A stretch of DNA of 24,799 nt from an uncultured Pseudomonadota bacterium. Its GTDB lineage: Bacteria > Oederibacteriota > Muellerivitia > Muellerivitales > Muellerivitaceae. Below are positions 9,686 through 19,247 of this stretch, in pieces; position 1 is the first letter of the stretch, and each line of letters opens with the position of its first letter. The stretch covers positions 1 to 24,799 of the forward strand of contig CAVYRH010000024.1 of assembly GCA_963770835.1 (NCBI GenBank), written 5' to 3'. The position numbers and the translations under genes are program-made. A model generated the notes under the pieces. It saw only the letters and a program-made list of their open reading frames with translations, did not search any database and was not told the origin of the DNA.

Positions 9686-9706
9686 GAGCTCCAAAAGGAT
9701 ATTTAA

Positions 9707-10357
9707 TTGAAAAAAGGCTTGTTTATCACATTCGAGGGAACGGAGGGGTCCGGCAAGACCACCCAACTGCATCTTTTGGCCGCCGTCTTGAAGGACTACA
9801 GCATCCCCCATATCGTCACACGGGAGCCGGGTGGATCGCACTTGAGCACCCAATTGCGGCATTGGATTTTGAACAAGCTGGATTACAACCTGATGCCCAG
9901 GACCGAATTGTTGTTGTTCCTGGCCGACCGTGCCCAACATGTCGGAGAAGTGATAGAACCCGCTTTAAAGCAGGGAAAGGTGGTCCTTTGCGACCGGTAC
10001 TCCGATTCGACCTTGGCGTATCAAGGTGGAGGCCGGGGTTTTGACATGAAACTGTTGAAGATTCTTAATAACGCCGCAAGCGATTTAGAACCCGATTTAA
10101 CCCTTCTTTTTGACCTGCCGGTCGAGGTGGGGCTTAAACGCGCACTGGGAAGGGGCAAGGGGAAGGACCGCATGGAACGCGAAAGCCTGAAGTTTCATCA
10201 CAGTGTCCGTCGGGTTTACCTTGAAACGGCTCGGAAGGAAAAAGGCCGCTTTATTATTGTGAACGCCAACCAAGACCGGGAATCGACTTATCAGGAAATG
10301 ATTGAAAAACTGATCGATCGCATGCCCCTTGGGAAAAAGGGGAAAAAACGTGGCTGA
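9707..10357 (+). CDS. tmk: Thymidylate kinase
   Basis: FITFEGTEGSGKTTQ, TREPGG and LCDRYSDSTLAYQG motifs. Confidence 0.97.
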   Translation: MKKGLFITFEGTEGSGKTTQLHLLAAVLKDYSIPHIVTREPGGSHLSTQLRHWILNKLDYNLMPRTELLLFLADRAQHVGEVIEPALKQGKVVLCDRYSDSTLAYQGGGRGFDMKLLKILNNAASDLEPDLTLLFDLPVEVGLKRALGRGKGKDRMERESLKFHHSVRRVYLETARKEKGRFIIVNANQDRESTYQEMIEKLIDRMPLGKKGKKRG

Positions 10358-11393
10358 GTTCATTGTCCCTCGCCTCGAAAAATTAAACTCCCAACCTGAG
10401 GTTCAAAAACTCCTGAAGGGTACCCTGGACCACCCCGGTGTCCAGACCTTTCTTTGGGTGGGCCCGGAAGGATCGGGAAAGAAGACTTACGTCCTGGCCT
10501 TGGTGCGGAGCCTCTTTTGCCAGGAAGGGCCGGATTGCCACGGTTGCCCGACTTGCCGACAAGTTCTCAGCAAAAGCCATCCGGATTTCTTCTGGTTGGA
10601 GCGTCCGGAGGGGAAAAACGAGATTAACGTGGAATCCACCCGGGACTTGGACCGAAAGCTGTCCAATGCACCTTTTTCAGCGCCTTGCAAAGTCGCGGTC
10701 ATTGCCGAAGCGGACCGGATGAACACGGAATCCCAGAATGCTTTTTTGAAAACATTGGAGGAGCCGCCGGCTAAATCTTTTATCATTCTCCTGGCTGAGA
10801 AAACGGGAGATTTTCTGCCGACCGTGCTTTCCCGCTGCCGTTTGGTACGTTTTCCGGCGCTGCCGTCAACCACCGTTGAGGCGATCCTGGTCCGGGATTA
10901 CGGCTGGAAAAAGCCCGAAGCCCAAAAGGTGGCCCAAGAAGCCAACGGTAACCTGACCCTGGCCTTGAAATTGGGGGATGAGGCCTGGGCCCAATTCAGG
11001 GACAAGGTTTGTATCGACTTCGACAGGGCCCTCCAGGGACCGGACGAGGAATGGTTGGCTCTCGTCAACGAATACGACCAGTTGGAACCGGATTTCCTGG
11101 AGGATGTGGAAAGAACGGCTTCCCAGCGCAAGTCGGAAGTGCTTCAGGCGGCCCTGCAGGTTTACCTGGGCCTTTGGTCCCGGCGCCTTTCAGGCGAGAT
11201 TGAAATTCCCTCGAAGTTAACCAACCTTCCGGTGGACGCGGTCTTAAAATGCCTCCAAAAACACCAGGACATGATACCGATGTACCTGAATGCCAAGATG
11301 ATCATGGACCATTTGTTCCTTGAGCTAAGGGAAGGTTTTAAAAAAGGCGAGATGTTAAACCAATCCTTTGTGGAATTGTCGGTTCAACTTTAA
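10350..11393 (+). CDS. holB: DNA polymerase III subunit delta-prime
   Basis: GPEGSGKKT, four-Cys Zn module, HPDF, NAFLKTLEEPP and TVLSRC motifs; follows tmk. The GTG start overlapping the tmk end is inferred. Confidence 0.93.
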   Translation: MAEFIVPRLEKLNSQPEVQKLLKGTLDHPGVQTFLWVGPEGSGKKTYVLALVRSLFCQEGPDCHGCPTCRQVLSKSHPDFFWLERPEGKNEINVESTRDLDRKLSNAPFSAPCKVAVIAEADRMNTESQNAFLKTLEEPPAKSFIILLAEKTGDFLPTVLSRCRLVRFPALPSTTVEAILVRDYGWKKPEAQKVAQEANGNLTLALKLGDEAWAQFRDKVCIDFDRALQGPDEEWLALVNEYDQLEPDFLEDVERTASQRKSEVLQAALQVYLGLWSRRLSGEIEIPSKLTNLPVDAVLKCLQKHQDMIPMYLNAKMIMDHLFLELREGFKKGEMLNQSFVELSVQL

Positions 11394-11407
11394 AACAGGA
11401 GTTCTTC

Positions 11408-13267
11408 GTGCCGGATAAACCAACATTTTACGTCACCACACCCATTTACTACGTGAACGATGTGCCCCATATCGGGCATGCCTATTCCACGGTGGGCGCG
11501 GATGCCCTGGCTCGGTTCAAACGCATGGATGGTTATGATGTTTATTTCCTGACCGGCACGGATGAGCACGGTCAAAAGATCGCAAAAACCGCCAAAGAAA
11601 AGGGCCTGGAACCGAAACAATTGGCCGACCAAGTGGTGGAGAGGTTCAAAGAAGCCTGGGCCAAGCTGGGTATTTCGTACAGCCGTTTTATCCGAACCAC
11701 TGATGAGGACCACCGGAAAGCCACTCAAACCTTCTTTAAGAAGGTCATGGAGGCGGGTTATATCTACAAAAGCCATTACGAGGGCTGGTATTGCCTGCCG
11801 GATGAGAAGTTTCTTCAGGACTCGGAGGTCGAGGACGGCCCCAACGGCACGAAAACCTGTCCCGACTGTGGCCGTCCCGTCGAGCGTATTAAGGAAGAGA
11901 ATTATTTTTTCAAGATGTCGGCCTTCCAGAAAAAACTCGAGGATTATTTGGCCACTCATCCCGACTTCCTCCAGCCTGAAAGCCGCAAGAATGAGATGGT
12001 CAATAACTTCATCAAGCCTGGCTTGGCGGATGTTTCCATCACCCGCTCCACGGTCAAATGGGGAATCCCCGCGCCGGTGCCTGAGGAAACGACGATTTAC
12101 GTCTGGTTTGATGCGCTCATCAATTACATCTCCGCCCTGGGCTGGCCGGACGGCGCGAACTATAAAAAATACTGGCCCGCGGACGTGCATATCATCGGCA
12201 AGGACATCCTTCGGTTCCACACTACCATTTGGCCTACGGCTCTCATGGCCGCTGGGATCCCACTGCCCAAGAAGGTTTTCGGTACAGGCTTCATCAACAT
12301 GGGCGGCGAGAAGATGTCCAAAAGCCTGGGCAACGTGGTCAATCCCATGGCCTTGGCCGATACTTATGGTCCGGACGCCCTACGTTATTACCTCATGCGC
12401 GAAGTGGTTTTCGGTTTTGATGGAACTTATACCGAAGAAGCGTTTGAAGGCCGCTTTAATGGCGATTTGGCAAATGACTTGGGAAATTTGGTCAGTCGTG
12501 CTTTAACGATGGTAGAGAAGTACTTTGGCGGTGTCATCCCCGAATCAGCGGATAGAAGATTCAATAGTGATTTAGATATTGCGTGGAAAATGGGCGAGTC
12601 GGGCCACATTAAAGAAATGATGGACAAGTTAGCGTTTGATGTGGTTTTAGGACAGTATTGGGAATTAATAAAAGCTGCCAATAAATATATCCAGATTTCA
12701 GCTCCTTGGAATTTGGCAAAGGATGAGGCCAAAAAGCAGGAGCTTCAAAAGGTTATGTTCACGTTGGTGGAGGTCCTGCGGGTGACCGCGATCCGATTGT
12801 CACCTTTCATGCCTTTTACCGCTCAGGCCATTTGGGAACAATTGGGTTTTGCCGATAAGGTTGAGAAACATTCTTTCTCTGAAACAGAAAAGATCGGCTC
12901 TTACGCCCCGGGGCAAAAGGTAAAGGTGGGAAGCCCCTTGTTCCCGAGAATCGAAAAAGAAATAACAGAAGTTGTATATGAAGATAGTCATGTTCCAGAG
13001 GCTCAAAAAAAGATTAAAAAGAAGATCGTTGATTATTTAAAGTCAAAAATCAATGCGAAGCCGGATTGCGGGTGGTTGGCGGATTCGGGAGCTGAATATA
13101 AGGAACTTCAAAAAAGTGGAGAGTTTGGTTTTTATTTTAGAACCGGCGATAAAAAGAGAAGCGTGCTCCCGGTAAAAAAAGAAGCCTTGATTGATTCAAT
13201 TAGTACAGAAGTCTTGGACGGTGTAGTCGAAGACTTAATAAAAAAAATAAATTCTTTTAAAAATTAA
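11408..13267 (+). CDS. metG: Methionyl-tRNA synthetase with an atypical C-terminal extension
   Basis: FYVTTPIYYVN, HIGH, GTDEHG, YVWFDAL, GKDI, KMSKS and LANDLGNL motifs; the core ends at LFPRIE. Confidence 0.98.
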   Translation: MPDKPTFYVTTPIYYVNDVPHIGHAYSTVGADALARFKRMDGYDVYFLTGTDEHGQKIAKTAKEKGLEPKQLADQVVERFKEAWAKLGISYSRFIRTTDEDHRKATQTFFKKVMEAGYIYKSHYEGWYCLPDEKFLQDSEVEDGPNGTKTCPDCGRPVERIKEENYFFKMSAFQKKLEDYLATHPDFLQPESRKNEMVNNFIKPGLADVSITRSTVKWGIPAPVPEETTIYVWFDALINYISALGWPDGANYKKYWPADVHIIGKDILRFHTTIWPTALMAAGIPLPKKVFGTGFINMGGEKMSKSLGNVVNPMALADTYGPDALRYYLMREVVFGFDGTYTEEAFEGRFNGDLANDLGNLVSRALTMVEKYFGGVIPESADRRFNSDLDIAWKMGESGHIKEMMDKLAFDVVLGQYWELIKAANKYIQISAPWNLAKDEAKKQELQKVMFTLVEVLRVTAIRLSPFMPFTAQAIWEQLGFADKVEKHSFSETEKIGSYAPGQKVKVGSPLFPRIEKEITEVVYEDSHVPEAQKKIKKKIVDYLKSKINAKPDCGWLADSGAEYKELQKSGEFGFYFRTGDKKRSVLPVKKEALIDSISTEVLDGVVEDLIKKINSFKN

Positions 13268-14029
13268 ATGTTTATCGATACCCACTGCCACCTCGACGAC
13301 GAGCGCCTCGCTTCGGAGGAGGATTTCGTTCTTCAACGCGCCGGCGCGTCCGGGGTGGAATTTCTCGTTACCATCGGCACCGACGAGAAAACCTCGGCCG
13401 CCGCCGCCCAAATCGCCTCCCGGCACCCCGGCCGGGTTTTCCATACGGTGGGGGCCCATCCCTCCGACGTCGACCGCTTCGGCGAGGAGGAACTGGTTGA
13501 AATCGAGCGGTTGGCCAAAGAAACCAAGCCCAAAGCCATTGGCGAAATCGGGCTGGATTATTACCATTCCTCCGACCGGAAGAAGCAGGCCGAGGTTTTC
13601 GAGAGGATGATCCGCCTGGCCCGGGAAATTTCCCTTCCAATCGTCATCCACGAGCGGGACGCCCATGTGGATATTTACCGCATGTTGGCCGAGAGGGCCC
13701 AAGGCCTGAAAATCATGATGCACTGTTATTCTGCCGGGCCTGTTTTTGTGGACCGGTTCATGGATTTGGGTTGTCTCTTTTCCATCGCCGGGCCGGTAAC
13801 CTTCAAGAACGGCCAGGAAAGCAGAGATGCGGTGGCCAAGATACCCTTGGATCGCCTTGTCGTTGAAACAGACTCTCCCTACCTTACCCCCCACCCCTAC
13901 CGGGGGCAGCGCAACGAGCCCGCTTATGTGAAGCTCACTGCCGAAAAAGTAGCCGCGGTGAAGGGTATCAGCCTTGATGAACTGGCCCAAGCCACCACCC
14001 AAAACGCCCGGAAATTCTTTGGAATCTGA
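13268..14029 (+). CDS. tatD: TatD-family metal-dependent DNase
   Basis: IDTHCH, IGEIGLDY, IHERDA, HCY, ETDSPYL and RNEP motifs. Confidence 0.96.
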   Translation: MFIDTHCHLDDERLASEEDFVLQRAGASGVEFLVTIGTDEKTSAAAAQIASRHPGRVFHTVGAHPSDVDRFGEEELVEIERLAKETKPKAIGEIGLDYYHSSDRKKQAEVFERMIRLAREISLPIVIHERDAHVDIYRMLAERAQGLKIMMHCYSAGPVFVDRFMDLGCLFSIAGPVTFKNGQESRDAVAKIPLDRLVVETDSPYLTPHPYRGQRNEPAYVKLTAEKVAAVKGISLDELAQATTQNARKFFGI

Positions 14030-14037
14030 TCAAGCCA

Positions 14038-14065
14038 TTGGTTTTTAGCGCCTTCCGGTTAAAAT
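14038..14065 (+). promoter_or_regulatory. Possible sigma70 promoter for trpD
   Basis: TTGGTT-16 nt-TAAAAT. TAAAATACCTT is identical to the -10 region of the promoter at 3822. Confidence 0.4.
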
Positions 14066-14099
14066 ACCTTCCATTTTCTTTACCCTGAAAGGTACTGAC

Positions 14100-15122
14100 A
14101 TGATTCGTGAAGCCCTCGCCAAACTGTCCCAAAAGAAATCCCTGACGGAACAAGAAGCCTATGACTGCATGATCGAAATCCTGGATGCCAAGGCCCTGCC
14201 CACCCAGGTGGCCGCCTACCTGGCTTTCTTGAACCTGGAGTTCGAAAGCCCTACTGAGGTGGTAGGAAGCGTCAAAGCCGTCCGGGACAAGATGGTCCGC
14301 CTCAACGCCGAGGGGCTCAACGCCATCGATGTTTGCGGGACTGGGGGTGACCACAAAGGAAGCTTCAACATTTCCACTGGCGCGGCTTTGGTTTTGGCGG
14401 GCGGGGGGGTGAAGGTGGCCAAGCACGGCAACCGGGCCGCTTCCAGCCAGTGCGGGAGCGCGGAAGTCCTGGAGGCCTTGGGGGTCAAGATCGATGCCGC
14501 GGTCCCCGTCCTGGAAAAGTGCTTGGCGGAAGCCGGCATGGCTTTCCTGTTTGCCCCCCACTTCCACCCGGCCTTTAAATATGTAGGCCCCATCCGAAAG
14601 GAACTGGGCATCCGCACCATCTTCAACGTCCTGGGGCCCATGTGCAATCCAGCCTCGGTGAAGCGCCAAGTCATCGGGGTTTTCGACGCCGAAAGGGCAA
14701 AATTGATGGCTGAGGCCCTGTTGGAGGCCGGGACCGAACGTGTGGTGACCCTTCACAGCAAGGACGGCCTGGACGAGGTCTCCAACGCCGAAGAAACTTT
14801 TTTTTGGGAGCTGAAAAAGGAAGGACAAACCACCCAGCGGTCCACGGGTGTCATTTCCCCCGAAATTTTCGGGTATCCCCGCCGGAGACTGGAGGAGATC
14901 AAGGGATCGGATGCGCCTTCCAACGCCAAGATACTCCTTTCGATCCTCAACGGCGAAAAAACCCCCCACCGCGAAGCGGTGGTCATGAACGCAGCCGTGG
15001 GCTTTTACGTCGCGGGAAAATGCGATGCCATTCCCGACGGAAGGGCGCTCGCCGAGGAATCCATCGATTCGAAAAAGGCCCTTCAAGCCCTTGAAACCTT
15101 GAAAAAAGTGTCAAACCAATGA
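14100..15122 (+). CDS. trpD: Anthranilate phosphoribosyltransferase
   Basis: DVCGTGGD, FNIST, KHGNRAASSQCGSA and DGLDE motifs. Confidence 0.97.
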   Translation: MIREALAKLSQKKSLTEQEAYDCMIEILDAKALPTQVAAYLAFLNLEFESPTEVVGSVKAVRDKMVRLNAEGLNAIDVCGTGGDHKGSFNISTGAALVLAGGGVKVAKHGNRAASSQCGSAEVLEALGVKIDAAVPVLEKCLAEAGMAFLFAPHFHPAFKYVGPIRKELGIRTIFNVLGPMCNPASVKRQVIGVFDAERAKLMAEALLEAGTERVVTLHSKDGLDEVSNAEETFFWELKKEGQTTQRSTGVISPEIFGYPRRRLEEIKGSDAPSNAKILLSILNGEKTPHREAVVMNAAVGFYVAGKCDAIPDGRALAEESIDSKKALQALETLKKVSNQ

Positions 15123-15904
15123 ATATCCTCCAAAAAATAGCCGCTACGAAGCGGGAAGAGGTGGCCCGCCTTAAGAAAGAGAGGGGCCTGGCTTCCTTGA
15201 AGGAGGGGGCGAAGGCCCAGGCGCCGCCGCGCGACTTTTTAGGGGCGGTTCACCGGCCCGGCAAGCTTTCCTTGATCGCTGAACTTAAAAAAGCCAGTCC
15301 CTCCAAAGGTGTTTTAAGGGAGGATTTTCAAATCGAGCCCCTGGCCAAGGCCTACGCCGGGGCCCAAGCCCAGGCCCTTTCGGTTTTAACCGATGTTTCC
15401 TATTTTCAAGGGGACCTTTCCTATCTCCAAAAGGCCAAGGACGTCTCAGGCCTCCCGGTTTTACGCAAAGATTTCCATATCGATGAACACCAAATCTACG
15501 AGGCCCGGGAAGCGGGTGCGGATGCCATCCTCCTTATCGCCGCCATGATGCCTCCGGCCCAGATAAAGGAGTTGATGGCGGTGGCTAATGAATTATCCAT
15601 GGCCAGCCTGATCGAGGTGCATGACGAAAGGGAATTGGAGATTGCCCTTCGGGTTGGGACGAAACTTTTGGGGGTCAACAACCGTAATTTAAATGACTTT
15701 ACCGTCACCCTTCAAACCTCGTTCGAATTGATGGGAAAGTGCCCTAAAGGTTTGGCTGTCGTCAGTGAAAGCGGCATTTTCACCCGCGAGGATTGCCTGA
15801 GTTTGAAAAAGGCAGGGGCTTCGGCGGTACTGGTTGGGGAGGCCTTTATGACATCCCCGGACGTGGAAGCGGCCGTGAAAGAGTTGTTTCCGGCGGAGGC
15901 TTGA
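15119..15904 (+). CDS. trpC: Indole-3-glycerol phosphate synthase
   Basis: IAELKKASPSKG, LSVLTD, LRKDF, GVNNRNL and SESGI motifs; ATGA overlap with trpD. Confidence 0.97.
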   Translation: MNILQKIAATKREEVARLKKERGLASLKEGAKAQAPPRDFLGAVHRPGKLSLIAELKKASPSKGVLREDFQIEPLAKAYAGAQAQALSVLTDVSYFQGDLSYLQKAKDVSGLPVLRKDFHIDEHQIYEAREAGADAILLIAAMMPPAQIKELMAVANELSMASLIEVHDERELEIALRVGTKLLGVNNRNLNDFTVTLQTSFELMGKCPKGLAVVSESGIFTREDCLSLKKAGASAVLVGEAFMTSPDVEAAVKELFPAEA

Positions 15905-16528
15905 ATGTTCCGCGTGAAAATTTGCGGGGTGACCCGCGCCGAAGACGTGCGGATGATCGCCAAGGCCGGGGCCGACGCCATCGGGTTCCAATTGTCCATG
16001 GGTCCGCGCAAGATTACCCCGGACCAAGCCCGGCGGCTCGTGAAACGGGTGCCCCCCCTCGTGACGCCGGTGGGTGTTTTCGTCAATGAAGCGCTTTCGC
16101 GCGTGAAACAGCTCATTAAACTTTGCGGTTTCCAAGCGGTCCAACTGCACGGGGACGAGAAGGAAACTTATTGCCGACAAATCGAGGTTCCGGTTATCAA
16201 GGTCATTCGCATGAAAAGTCCCGGCGCTTACAGGGCGTTTGGGGGCTTTCAAGTTGCGGCCTATTTGCTGGACTCCTATAATAAAAACATACCCGGTGGA
16301 ACCGGCAAAAGCTTCCAATATCCATGGGCCCGGAAAGCGGTTCAAGAGCTTCCAGCCCCGGTGCTGTTAGCGGGTGGTTTAACATCTGACAATGTCCAGC
16401 GGGCAATCCGGCAGTCCAACGCCTTCGGTGTGGATGTCTCCAGCGGCGTGGAAATCCGGCCCGGCCTCAAAGATCCCCGTCTAGTTTCCCTTTTCATTCG
16501 AAAGGCAAAAAAGGCGTTCCTTGGTTGA
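15905..16528 (+). CDS. trpF: Phosphoribosylanthranilate isomerase
   Basis: VKICG, QLHGDE, GGTG, LAGGL and VDVSSGVE motifs. Confidence 0.97.
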   Translation: MFRVKICGVTRAEDVRMIAKAGADAIGFQLSMGPRKITPDQARRLVKRVPPLVTPVGVFVNEALSRVKQLIKLCGFQAVQLHGDEKETYCRQIEVPVIKVIRMKSPGAYRAFGGFQVAAYLLDSYNKNIPGGTGKSFQYPWARKAVQELPAPVLLAGGLTSDNVQRAIRQSNAFGVDVSSGVEIRPGLKDPRLVSLFIRKAKKAFLG

Positions 16529-16554
16529 AAAGTTGAAAAGATCGGAGTTTCTTT

Positions 16555-17127
16555 TTGGCCGACCAAAAATCGCTCATCATTAAACTGGCGCATATTTACT
16601 ACCATACGGGCAGCTGGGACAAGGCCATCATGGAGTATGAGAAGATCATTGCCCTGGACCCCAATGACTACAACGTGCACGTCACCTTAGGGGAATTGTT
16701 CCTGAAAAAGGGAGACCTGGACAGGGCCTACAAGGCCTTCGAGACTTCCGCCAACGGGTTCCTCAAGGAAAAAAACACCAAAAAGGCCGCGGGCGCTTTC
16801 CGCGAGATGTCCAACCTGGTGCAAAAGATGATCGAGCCCCAGGACATGGAAAAAGCCATCGGGATTTACAAGGACATCCTGTCCCAGATGCCGGAGTCAA
16901 CCGAAACCCTCACCAATCTCCGGGATCTCTATATGCGCCACAACCAAATGGATGAGGCGATTTCCTATACCATTACCCTGGGTGACATTTATAATCGGCA
17001 GGATTATATCGATAAAGCTGAAAATGAATACACCAAGGCCACTGCCATGGATCCGTCCCATACGGGGGCCAAGGAAAAATTGGAAAAACTGAAAAATGAA
17101 TCCAAACAGGCGCAACCCGGCGGCTAA
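16555..17127 (+). CDS. Tetratricopeptide-repeat protein
   Basis: Repeated TPR-like helices ([68 protein letters not shown]); GGAG before the TTG start. Confidence 0.85.
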   Translation: MADQKSLIIKLAHIYYHTGSWDKAIMEYEKIIALDPNDYNVHVTLGELFLKKGDLDRAYKAFETSANGFLKEKNTKKAAGAFREMSNLVQKMIEPQDMEKAIGIYKDILSQMPESTETLTNLRDLYMRHNQMDEAISYTITLGDIYNRQDYIDKAENEYTKATAMDPSHTGAKEKLEKLKNESKQAQPGG

Positions 17128-18337
17128 TCCCCATCCCCTACCCGATTTCCATGGTTATTTCGGCCCCTACGGGGGGCAATATGTGCCCGAAACCCTCATG
17201 GTGGCTTTGCGGGAGCTGGTGGAAGCCTATTCCCTGGCCCGTAAGGACCCCAGGTTCCAACGGGAATTCCAATCTTACCTCACGGAATACGACGGTCGAC
17301 CCACCCCGCTGACCTTTGCCGCAAACCTAACCCGCATCCTCAAGGGAGCCCGCATTTACCTCAAGCGGGAGGACTTGAACCATACTGGGGCCCACAAAAT
17401 CAACAATTGCCTGGGGCAGATTCTCTTGGCCCGCCGGATGGGGAAGAAGCGCATCATCGCCGAAACTGGCGCGGGCCAGCATGGGGTGGCCACCGCCACC
17501 GTCTGCGCCTTGTTCGGAATGCAATGCGAGGTTTTCATGGGCGAGGAGGATGTGAGACGCCAAGCCTTGAACGTCTTTCGCATGCGCCTTTTGGGCGCAC
17601 AGGTGCACCCCGTTTCCTCCGGCACCCGCACGTTGAAGGACGCCATGAGCGAGGCCATCCGGGATTGGGTGACGAACGTCCGGACCACTTATTATCTTAT
17701 CGGCTCCACCGCCGGCCCCCATCCCTATCCCATGATCGTCCGGGATTTTCAAAGGGTCATCGGCGAGGAGGCCCGGCGGCAAATCCTCCGCAAAGCCGGA
17801 AGGCTTCCGGATGTTTTGGTGGCCTGCGTCAACGGGGGGTCCAACGCCATCGGCTTGTTTTATCCTTTCATTAAAGACCGAAAAGTAAGGATGGTCGGCG
17901 TGGAAGCGGCCGGGGACGGCGTGAAAACCAAGCGGCATGCCGCCACCATGGAAAAAGGAAAACCTGGGATCCTGCACGGCAGTTATAGTTACGTTTTGCA
18001 GGACAAGGACGGCCAAATCGCCGAAACCCACTCCATCTCCGCGGGGCTTGATTATCCCGGCGTGGGGCCCGAACACGCCTGGTTGAGGGATACGGGGAGG
18101 GCGGCCTACGTCTCCGTGACCGACCGGCAGGCCTTGGAGGCCTTCCAAACCTTGGCCCGCCACGAGGGAATTCTTCCGGCTTTGGAAAGCGCCCATGCGG
18201 TCTACCAGGCCATGAAAATCGCCCCCCGCATGTCCAAGAATTCCATTCTCATCGTCAATTTATCGGGCCGGGGGGACAAGGATGTGAATACGGTCTTGGA
18301 AAAGCTGGGTTCCAAGCTTCAAGGCGGCTCTAAGTGA
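17096..18337 (+). CDS. trpB: Tryptophan synthase beta chain
   Basis: [37 protein letters not shown] and NLSGRGDKD motifs. Confidence 0.98.
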   Translation: MNPNRRNPAANPHPLPDFHGYFGPYGGQYVPETLMVALRELVEAYSLARKDPRFQREFQSYLTEYDGRPTPLTFAANLTRILKGARIYLKREDLNHTGAHKINNCLGQILLARRMGKKRIIAETGAGQHGVATATVCALFGMQCEVFMGEEDVRRQALNVFRMRLLGAQVHPVSSGTRTLKDAMSEAIRDWVTNVRTTYYLIGSTAGPHPYPMIVRDFQRVIGEEARRQILRKAGRLPDVLVACVNGGSNAIGLFYPFIKDRKVRMVGVEAAGDGVKTKRHAATMEKGKPGILHGSYSYVLQDKDGQIAETHSISAGLDYPGVGPEHAWLRDTGRAAYVSVTDRQALEAFQTLARHEGILPALESAHAVYQAMKIAPRMSKNSILIVNLSGRGDKDVNTVLEKLGSKLQGGSK

Positions 18338-19206
18338 GTCTTACGCAAAACCAAGTCCACCGCCAAAACGCCAAGACGCCAAGCAAGACTTTATTGAATC
18401 AAACCAGGCTTTTTCGATTATTTCAAACGGCCCGAGCGCGCCGGCAGACGCTCTTTTTGCCTTATATCTGCCTTGGGTATCCAAGTTATAAAGCCTCACT
18501 TGATTCCGCCAAGGGAGCCCTTCAAGCAGGCGCCGGGGCCCTGGAATTGGGAATGCCCTTTTCCGATCCCATCGCGGACGGCCCCACCTTGCAAAAAGCC
18601 ACCCACCTCTCACTTGAAAACGGCACGAAGTTCGCCGACGTATTTAGGATGATCCGGGACCTGCGGAAAGCCGGGTTTCAACAGCCCCTTCTGGTCATGA
18701 CTTACCTGAATTTGGTGCAACAATTGGGCTGGGAAAAATTCGCGGAGGTCCTTTCCAGCTCCGGGGGCGACGGCGCCATCATTCCGGACCTGCCATTGGA
18801 GAAGTTTGCTTCCTTAGACCCGTTGATGGGCCTGAAAAAGCTGGCTTTAATCCCTTTTATTGCCCCCACTTCGAGTGAAGAGAGGGTCAAAATGGCCGAT
18901 GCCCAGGGGGCTCCTTTTTTGTATTATGTCTCGGTGACGGGGGTGACGGGGGCCCGCAAATCGTTGCCTTCGGGACTATTGCCCGCCTTGGGGCGGTTGA
19001 GGAAACGGTTGAAAACCCCCCTGGTGGTGGGTTTCGGCATTTCCACCCCCGGCCAAGCGGCCCAGGTGGGGAAGGCGGTCGACGGCGTCATCATCGCCAG
19101 CGCCCTGGTCCAGCTGATTTCCAAAACCAAGGTTTCTCATATCGGAAAAGCGGTCGAAAACTTTTGCCGGAAAATCGTAACGGCACTCAACCAAATTAAA
19201 AGTTAG
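18334..19206 (+). CDS. trpA: Tryptophan synthase alpha chain
   Basis: [27 protein letters not shown] and VGFGIS motifs; GTGA overlap with trpB. The start could alternatively be TTG 18394. Confidence 0.96.
   Translation: MSLTQNQVHRQNAKTPSKTLLNQTRLFRLFQTARARRQTLFLPYICLGYPSYKASLDSAKGALQAGAGALELGMPFSDPIADGPTLQKATHLSLENGTKFADVFRMIRDLRKAGFQQPLLVMTYLNLVQQLGWEKFAEVLSSSGGDGAIIPDLPLEKFASLDPLMGLKKLALIPFIAPTSSEERVKMADAQGAPFLYYVSVTGVTGARKSLPSGLLPALGRLRKRLKTPLVVGFGISTPGQAAQVGKAVDGVIIASALVQLISKTKVSHIGKAVENFCRKIVTALNQIKS
18361..18384. repeat. Three tandem octamers CGCCAAAA CGCCAAGA CGCCAAGC in the trpA 5' end
   Basis: Read directly from the sequence. Confidence 0.7.
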
Positions 19207-19247
19207 AAGAGAACGAGTTAACTCCCCGATTCCATTGGAGGTTTTAA

